Part shown: piece by piece, positions 38,901 through 43,579 of the stretch
Position numbering within the stretch: position 1 is the stretch's first letter
How the letters are laid out: each line of letters starts with the position of its first letter
Source: a virus
Lineage: Duplodnaviria > Heunggongvirae > Uroviricota > Caudoviricetes
Length of the DNA: 43,579 nucleotides
Virus record (IMG/VR): IMGVR_UViG_2671181030_000006
Direction: 5' to 3' (one strand)
Notes under the pieces: model-generated
Told to the model about the DNA's origin: nothing
What the model saw: only the letters and a program-made list of their open reading frames with translations
Databases searched by the model: none
Translations under genes and position numbers: made by a program

Positions 38901-39866
38901 GCGCGCTCGCTGTTGAGCCTGCAGACGGACGTTAACGGCAACAAGGCATCCATCAACAGCCTGAACCAGACGTTCTCCGATTACCAGCAGGCTATGGCCA
39001 CGCAGGTAAACAGCATCACGGCGACGGTGAACGGGCATACCTCAGCCATCACCACCAACGCTCAGGCCATAGCGAACGTAAACGGCGACCTCAGCGCGAT
39101 GTACAACATCAAGGTTGGTGTCTCCAGCAACGGGCAGTATTACGCCACGGGGATGGGTATCGGCGTGGAGAATACGCCATCCGGCATGCAGTCGCAGGTT
39201 ATCTTCCTGGCTGACCGCTTCGCCGTCACCACGGCAGCCGGAAATAGCGTAGCTTTGCCGTTCGTGATCCAGAACGGGCAGACATTCATCCGGGCCAGCT
39301 TCATCCAGGACGGCACCATTGAGAACGCCAAAATCGGCAACTATATCCAGTCCAACAACTATGCAGCTGGTTCTGCTGGTTGGAAGTTGAATAAAGCTGG
39401 AGATGCTGAATTCAACAATGTGACCGTCAGAGGTGTAGTATATGCTAGTGGCGGTAGCTTTACTGGTGAGATCCAAGCAACAAGCGGTAAATTCAAAGGG
39501 ACTGTGGAAGCCCAAAGTTTTATCGGGGACATTGCAAATATGCACACCGGAACTAACGTTAGTCGGTCTAGTGACGGTCTTTTAGAAAAGGTAATAACTT
39601 ATACGGATTCATCCAGTTCTGGGCACGCAAGACACGTCTGTGTTATAGCAAACGTTAAAGGTAATGGTGCAGGACTAATCAATATTAACGGCAATGAGAG
39701 TGGTTCATCTGTGCAAGACGTGGAGAGACTTATTATGCATTCTGCTGTTGTAACAGGTCCAAGCGTAACAGTACGTATTAAAGTGTCCGCTCAAAATAAC
39801 AGAGGCGCGTCCATTTATTCGCCTACTGTCATAGTATCACACGGATCTGGTTCATTCACAGGTTAA
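35952..39866 (+). CDS. J: Central tail fibre / host specificity protein gpJ
   Basis: Seen: 1.3-kaa ORF with J-like N-terminus (KGGGGSSHTP) and conserved core (WSNNPAWIFYDLV..., GGTEPRFTCNVF). Start could be ATG 35940 or 35952; 35952 chosen because the upstream hairpin T-tract abuts 35940. The last about 170 codons are AT-rich. Confidence 0.88.
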   Translation: MQLLKQETILQGAKGGGGSSHTPVEQPDDLLSVAKLKMLIAVSEGEIQGDLTAQNIFLNDTPLANDSGEYNFSGVKWEFRKGTQDQTYIAGMPQVDNELAVGTTVTTTAPWTRQFTNLSLDAIRIKLSLPVQYLYKDNGDMVGTVTEYAIDLSTDGGAWKTVVNGKFDGKTTTEYQRDHRIDLPKSTSGWSVRVRRITADASGSNSKLVNAFKVFSYAEVIDSKLRYPLTALLYVEVDSSQFNGSAPKVTCKIKGKLIKVPDNYDPKTRTYSGSWSGGFKMAWSNNPAWIFYDLVLDEIYGMGTRVDASMVDKWALYSIAQYCDEMVSDGAGGTEPRFTCNVFIQSQEDAWQVLNDLAAVFRGITFWGNDQIYVQADVPQDDVDWVYNVSNVIDGLFTYAGGSYKNRYSSCLVSWSDPQNHYSDTVEGVYDSALVERYDVRQTSLTAIGCTSQSEAHRRGRWVLLSNAKDGTVSFGVGLDGYIPLPAEIIGVADPFRSGKENGGRISAANGRQITLDREIDYAAKDRLVVNLPDGKAQTRTISAVSADKKTVTVATAFSQVPVAGAVWAIDSDNLAIQYFRVTSIAANDDSTGGFTITAVQHDPNKYRYIDDGVRVESPPITVTPISVLSAPKNIVVTESDHVSQGLTVASLDVSWDKVEGAIRYVAQWRKDNGDWINVPVTSAQGFSVQGIYSGSYDVRVRALNAQDTSSPWGYGETTYLSGKTGKPGTPLNFLATEDVVWHIDLTWKFPDGSGDTAYTEIQRATTADYANPELLVLVPYPAADYQHGPMPAGVRQWYRARLIDRIGNAGDWTDWIMGTSSIDVSEITNDILEDMKESETFKDLIENAVDSNEKIAGMANDIKQANDELEQQAKDIAKNAQDVGKVQTSVNELSSTVGNVSSSLSQLEQTVATADTALGQRIDNISVSMDGMTGGVKNSAIAIIQANLAQVATRKTLSASVAGNSANLDRIDEVIVNDREATARSLLSLQTDVNGNKASINSLNQTFSDYQQAMATQVNSITATVNGHTSAITTNAQAIANVNGDLSAMYNIKVGVSSNGQYYATGMGIGVENTPSGMQSQVIFLADRFAVTTAAGNSVALPFVIQNGQTFIRASFIQDGTIENAKIGNYIQSNNYAAGSAGWKLNKAGDAEFNNVTVRGVVYASGGSFTGEIQATSGKFKGTVEAQSFIGDIANMHTGTNVSRSSDGLLEKVITYTDSSSSGHARHVCVIANVKGNGAGLININGNESGSSVQDVERLIMHSAVVTGPSVTVRIKVSAQNNRGASIYSPTVIVSHGSGSFTG

Positions 39867-39898
39867 AATATTAACCCCTCTTTTTAGGGGTTAATATT
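39867..39898. terminator. Bidirectional terminator / perfect palindrome between convergent J and lipoprotein genes
   Basis: Seen: 14-bp perfect inverted arms (AATATTAACCCCT...AGGGGTTAATATT) around a T-rich loop. Confidence 0.55.
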
Positions 39899-40131
39899 TA
39901 GTAGTCTATAACACAGTTAGAAGGGCTACCGATTCGTCGGTATTCGTGATCAATCTCGTGACACCACTGCCCCGTCATTGGAAGGTTTTCGGTATCATAA
40001 ATTAAAGAACCGTTACCATCTCGATCCAAAGGTTTTGGAATGACACCGGAATTTGGTTTACCGGTATTTAAACCATTACCACATGCAGTGAGGGACAGAC
40101 ATAATGGCAGCATAATTAGAGCGAGTTTCAT
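39898..40131 (-). CDS. Small lipoprotein (signal peptide plus lipobox LTAC), moron in the Cor/Bor-like position
   Basis: Seen: 77-aa ORF MKLALIMLPLCLSLTACG with strong AAGGAG Shine-Dalgarno; convergent with J; AT-rich. Confidence 0.65.
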   Translation of the reverse strand: MKLALIMLPLCLSLTACGNGLNTGKPNSGVIPKPLDRDGNGSLIYDTENLPMTGQWCHEIDHEYRRIGSPSNCVIDY

Positions 40132-40213
40132 TTGGACTCCTTTGTGTTGTTGACAAGGTTCAATTTTAATATACTTGTTGTGTTGAGTAAGTCAAATAAA
40201 GTGGGAAATGTTA

Positions 40214-40558
40214 TGGCAATTCGTTTACATGGTATTTTAGTTGATGGATTGAATAAACCAATCGTCAACGCAAACGTCTTCTTACTTGCACGAAGCCATT
40301 CATTTTTGATGGGACAATAAATATCACCAATGCGAACCTGAATATTGGTGATAAATTTTGCCAGATTGTTTATACCGGGGCTAACTGTCGACACGTTGGT
40401 GGTTACGGAAATATTAGGTATAAAGGAATTGTAATGACAGGTGGGAATGTCATAGCGGAAAGGAATAAAGTAGTCGGCAATTATTATTTGGGTGGGTGGT
40501 CAATGGCATTTGATACAACTATAGCTATGCCAACACTGGCGTTGCCCAACATGTATTA
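40214..40558 (+). pseudogene. Decayed remnant of a side-tail-fibre (stf-like) gene start, interrupted by stop and frameshift
   Basis: Seen: MAIRLHGILVDGLNKPIVNANVFL resembles the recalled lambda Stf N-terminus (MAVKISGVLKDGTGKPVQNCTI); the ORF stops after 35 codons and continues in another frame. Confidence 0.35.
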
Positions 40559-40636
40559 AAAACCAATTCAGAAATTATTTCTGGTGAGGGTTATATACCT
40601 CTCCGGGCTTCATGTTGTCTAAATTTAGGAGTTGTT

Positions 40637-41548
40637 ATGATTTATAGCACCGGAACTATCTCTATTAACGGAAATACCGCAACCGGCTCCGGCACAAACT
40701 GGACAGCTCCCGCCAGCCAGGTCCGCGCTGGCCAGACGATTATCGTGATGTCTAACCCGGTGCAGCTGTTTCAGATTTCATCCGTGAACAGCGCCACGTC
40801 AATGACGGTTACGCCAGCAGTTTCCCCGGCGCTGAGCGGCCAGAAGTATGGAATCCTTGTGTCGGACAATATCTCAGTCGACGGCCTGGCGCAGGCCATG
40901 TCACAGCTCATCAAAGAGTACGACGAGAATATTGGCGCGTGGGAGACGTTCGCCACCACCTCAGCAAACCAAAGCATCACAGTTACCATCAACGGCACCG
41001 CCGTAACCATCCCAGGCATCGGTAAACTTGCGCAGAAAGGGAGCAACGGTGCGGTTACTGTCGCAGACGGCGGAACCGGCGCAACGAATGCCGCAGACGC
41101 TCGCACAAACCTTGGTTTGGGAGAAGGCTCAGCATTACCTGTTGGGGTGCCTGTTCCGTGGCCTTCAGCCACTCCGCCAACAGGCTGGCTGAAATGCAAT
41201 GGTGCGGCTTTTTCTGCTGAAGAATACCCGGAACTGGCAAAGGCTTACCCGACAAATAAATTGCCTGATTTACGCGGTGAATTTATTCGTGGATGGGATG
41301 ATGGGCGCGGGGTGGATTCCTCTCGTGGTTTGTTGACATCTCAAGACCATTTATTTGCTTCTCATGGGCACTGGTTTGACCAGTACTATGCGCTAAAAAG
41401 TTTTGATCCAACGGGAGGTCGGTTCGTAGTTACGGCTGATGCTTTCGGGGAACTTATTACGGCAAATTCAATTTCTACGGTATCGGTTGGTGGTTCTGAA
41501 ACCCGGCCGCGCAACGTCGCATTTAACTATATCGTGAGGGCAGCCTGA
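40637..41548 (+). CDS. Side tail fibre protein (constant N-terminal part plus currently expressed variable C-terminal part inside the invertible segment)
   Basis: Seen: AGGAG Shine-Dalgarno; C-terminus RNVAFNYIVRAA matches the recalled Stf-type ending NIAFNYIVRLA; the recombination crossover site lies inside the gene near 41101-41126. Confidence 0.8.
   Translation: MIYSTGTISINGNTATGSGTNWTAPASQVRAGQTIIVMSNPVQLFQISSVNSATSMTVTPAVSPALSGQKYGILVSDNISVDGLAQAMSQLIKEYDENIGAWETFATTSANQSITVTINGTAVTIPGIGKLAQKGSNGAVTVADGGTGATNAADARTNLGLGEGSALPVGVPVPWPSATPPTGWLKCNGAAFSAEEYPELAKAYPTNKLPDLRGEFIRGWDDGRGVDSSRGLLTSQDHLFASHGHWFDQYYALKSFDPTGGRFVVTADAFGELITANSISTVSVGGSETRPRNVAFNYIVRAA
41101..41126. repeat. Invertase crossover site, left (inside the tail-fibre gene)
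   Basis: Seen: AAACCTTGGTTTGGGAGAAG; its 15-bp core TTGGTTTGGGAGAAG is repeated in inverted orientation at 42945-42959. Confidence 0.6.
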
Positions 41549-42150
41549 TGAATAAAGCCGTATTAAATAACGAACTCATTGCCATAAAAGCGGGAGACAT
41601 TATCATTTATAATTATGATGGTGAAACGCGTGAATATATTTCTACATCAACTGAATATCTCGCTGTCGGCGTCGGTATCCCGGCATGTTCTTGTTTGGAT
41701 GCACCAGGTACACATAAAGCTGGTTATGCAATCTGTCGCTCTGTAGATTTAAATTCATGGGAATATGTGCCAGATCATCGTGGTGAAATCGTCTATAGCA
41801 CCGAAACAGGAGAATCGAAAAAAATCACAGCTCCGGGTGATTATCCTGAAAATACAACCACTATCGCCCCGTTAACGCCATACGATAAATGGAATGGTGA
41901 GAAATGGGTGACAGATACCGAGGCACAGCACGGCGCAGCAGTAGATGCAGCAGAAGCACTGCGCCAGTCGCTGATTCATACTGCAATGGCCTCCATCAGT
42001 CTGATTCAACTGAAATTACAGGCCGGACGGAATCTGACGCAGGCAGAAACAACCCGCCTTAACGCTGTGCTGGATTACATTTACGCGGTGACGGCAACAG
42101 ATACCAGCACCGCGCCGGATGTCATCTGGCCTGAACTGCCGGAGGCGTAG
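41548..42150 (+). CDS. Tail fibre assembly protein (Tfa), current orientation
   Basis: Seen: 200-aa ORF coupled (ATGA) to the fibre gene; its C-terminus mirrors that of the convergent ORF (conserved WPxxP ending). Confidence 0.8.
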   Translation: MNKAVLNNELIAIKAGDIIIYNYDGETREYISTSTEYLAVGVGIPACSCLDAPGTHKAGYAICRSVDLNSWEYVPDHRGEIVYSTETGESKKITAPGDYPENTTTIAPLTPYDKWNGEKWVTDTEAQHGAAVDAAEALRQSLIHTAMASISLIQLKLQAGRNLTQAETTRLNAVLDYIYAVTATDTSTAPDVIWPELPEA

Positions 42151-42574
42151 GCCATTCAATATCTGGCGCACCGGAAGTATCGATCAGCTCCAGTGCGTCC
42201 AGATAATCCAGCCACAAATTATATTGCGCCAGTTCATCATCTTTCAGACGACCAATAGCGGCTTTACCGGGCCATTGCTTACTGTTCATGTATTCGTTGG
42301 CCTGGTTAATTAGTAGCTGTCTTTCTGATTCAGTAATTTCAATAAGCTCTTCATGCGTGGGTGGAGGAATATCTGCCCACGCAGGCATCCCATCATCTCC
42401 GGCAATACGGATTTTTCCTTGTGGCGGTTCAGCCATAAACTCACTGATAATATTTTGATTCACCTCCTTTGCATCTGATAAATCCCATCCCTCTGATTTA
42501 TATTTATCAATCATATCCACAGGGAAAAAAGCATTATTCCTTGCGCTATAAACATATTCGTTCATATAAATCAC
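42122..42574 (-). CDS. Alternative tail fibre assembly protein (Tfa'), used after inversion
   Basis: Seen: 150-aa convergent ORF overlapping the Tfa 3' end by 29 bp, with similar C-terminal sequence. Confidence 0.75.
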   Translation of the reverse strand: MIYMNEYVYSARNNAFFPVDMIDKYKSEGWDLSDAKEVNQNIISEFMAEPPQGKIRIAGDDGMPAWADIPPPTHEELIEITESERQLLINQANEYMNSKQWPGKAAIGRLKDDELAQYNLWLDYLDALELIDTSGAPDIEWPTPPAVQAR

Positions 42575-42585
42575 CCTGAATAAAA

Positions 42586-42978
42586 TTACTCACCAACAGC
42601 CCACCAACTGTAATTCATCGATACTGTGGAACTGGTTGATGCAGTTCTGTAAGCGGAATTAAAACCGGTTAATGTTGGGCCTTCTGCGGTCATCACGAAT
42701 CCCCGCCCAGCACCTAAAGGCGCACCACCATCACCAGAATGAGTAAGCATGGCGCAGTCCACTTTTTTAGGAAAAGGGATGCTGAATGTAATTCTCATTG
42801 TTTGCGTCGATAATGTCGGCGTAACCGCACCACGACCATATTGCAGGATTTTCCCGTTGGGTAATTTCATCCATCCATCACCACTGGCAAAAGAGGCCAT
42901 GTCCGGTATCTGATTTTCCCCTGTCCCCACATCCCGTTTTGCCGCTTCTCCCAAACCAACCTTTTTTATAACCATCAA
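42586..42978 (-). CDS. Alternative variable C-terminal tail-fibre segment (Sv'-like), silent in this orientation
   Basis: Seen: the ORF begins at the right crossover site and encodes KVGLGEA, matching NLGLGEG at the left site in the expressed fibre; it lacks its own constant N-terminal part. Confidence 0.6.
   Translation of the reverse strand: MMVIKKVGLGEAAKRDVGTGENQIPDMASFASGDGWMKLPNGKILQYGRGAVTPTLSTQTMRITFSIPFPKKVDCAMLTHSGDGGAPLGAGRGFVMTAEGPTLTGFNSAYRTASTSSTVSMNYSWWAVGE
42945..42972. repeat. Invertase crossover site, right
   Basis: Seen: CTTCTCCCAAACCAACCTTTTTTATAACC, the reverse complement of the left-site core. Confidence 0.6.
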
Positions 42979-43030
42979 AAATCTGGTGATGCTTCGCCGT
43001 TTCTCCTGTTTTCATAACAGGAGAAATCCC

Positions 43031-43579
43031 ATGATTTACGGTTATGCCCGAGTATCAACAAACCACCAGGACACTGAATTGCAACTAACGGCGCTCAAGT
43101 CAGCGGGTTGTGAGAAAATTTTTGAAGAGCATGCCAGCGGGAGGAAATCGAATCGGCCGGTTCTAAAACGGCTCATCGCCACTATGCAGCCGGGGGATGA
43201 ACTGGTGGTCTGGAAGCTGGACAGGATAGGCCGCAACGTTCTGCATGCGCTGTTGATGTTCCAGCAGTTACAGGAAAAGGGTATCAACTTCCGCAGTATT
43301 ACCGATGGCGTGGATCTCAAAACAGCCAGCGGCCGCTATAACTTTCGTAACATCCTTTCCGCAGCACAATATGAATCTGATCTTAATAGCGAACGTACCT
43401 TAGCAGGGCTGGCCGTAGCCAGGGCAAAAGGGCGAGTTGGTGGTCGCAGGCCTAAGTTCACGGATGAGCAATGGCGGGAAATGGGGGAGCGGATGGCAAC
43501 CGGTGAATCACGACAAAGCGTATCAAAAACGTATGGAGTAGGGCTCTCAACTCTGTATAAAAAGTTTCCAGCTAGCTGA
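43031..43579 (+). CDS. Serine DNA invertase (Pin/Gin/Hin family)
   Basis: Seen: MIYGYARVSTNHQD...(catalytic Ser region)...C-terminal HTH; AGGAG Shine-Dalgarno; gene ends exactly at the window end with a stop codon. Confidence 0.9.
   Translation: MIYGYARVSTNHQDTELQLTALKSAGCEKIFEEHASGRKSNRPVLKRLIATMQPGDELVVWKLDRIGRNVLHALLMFQQLQEKGINFRSITDGVDLKTASGRYNFRNILSAAQYESDLNSERTLAGLAVARAKGRVGGRRPKFTDEQWREMGERMATGESRQSVSKTYGVGLSTLYKKFPAS

Larger units (their letters stand above)
41127..42944. other. Invertible tail-fibre host-range segment (Mu G / e14 P-like), bounded by inverted crossover sites
   Basis: Seen: inverted 15-bp identical sites; two convergent tail-fibre-assembly genes; an alternative fibre C-terminal ORF on the opposite strand; adjacent serine invertase. 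Confidence 0.6.
1..43579. mobile_element. Lambdoid cos-type prophage, near-complete; window starts at the integrase start codon and ends at the invertase stop codon
   Basis: Seen: collinear modules int/xis, recET, cI/cro/cII, O-like, rusA/Q, holin/endolysin/spanins, cos-like site, terminase, portal, capsid, lambda-like tail genes Z..J, invertible fibre segment. Established knowledge: this is lambdoid genome organisation. Confidence 0.9.

Noticed and set aside
40128-40394. 88-aa minus-strand ORF apparently coupled to the lipoprotein gene
   Set aside because: It overlaps the + strand stf-like remnant whose N-terminus resembles Stf; more likely an antisense shadow of a decayed gene. It remains possible that it is real, since it ends in an ATGA overlap with the lipoprotein start.
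1-43579. CRISPR arrays, rRNA or tRNA genes, IS elements
   Set aside because: No regularly spaced short direct repeats with unique spacers, no cloverleaf-like tRNA candidates noticed in the non-coding gaps, and no transposase-like ORF with terminal inverted repeats. Absence is by eye only, without a prediction tool.

Overview
This 43.6 kb window is essentially one near-complete lambda-like (cos-type) prophage of an enterobacterial host, running from a P4-type integrase at the left edge to a DNA invertase at the right edge. Gene order: int/xis, a leftward RecE/RecT recombination operon, an immunity region (OL operators, LexA-like CI repressor, OR operators, Cro, CII), replication (O-like initiator with iterons), nin-type region (YbcN/YbcO-like, RusA, Q antiterminator), lysis cassette (pinholin, SAR endolysin, Rz/Rz1), cos and Nu1/A-type terminase, head genes (W, portal, ClpP-protease/major-capsid fusion), a tail module collinear with lambda Z-U-V-G-T-H-M-L-K-I-J, and an invertible tail-fibre segment. 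All calls are made by eye from the ORF translations and the raw sequence, and the lambda/Rac/DLP12 comparisons rest on recalled protein sequences; no search was run. The main candidate for an undescribed system is an AT-rich two-gene cassette (a minimal nucleotidyltransferase-fold protein plus a 310-aa protein with no motif I recognise) sitting where lambda carries rexAB, between a tIMM-like terminator and cI. A second candidate is an AT-rich moron between the lysis genes and cos, encoding a ClpP/S49-fold serine protease with a small partner. Other observations include a shared operator motif (AATAC-N5-GTATT) at OL and OR, a 26-bp perfect direct repeat downstream of cI, intrinsic terminators inside the tail operon, a decayed stf-like gene start, and a convergent lipoprotein in the Cor/Bor position.
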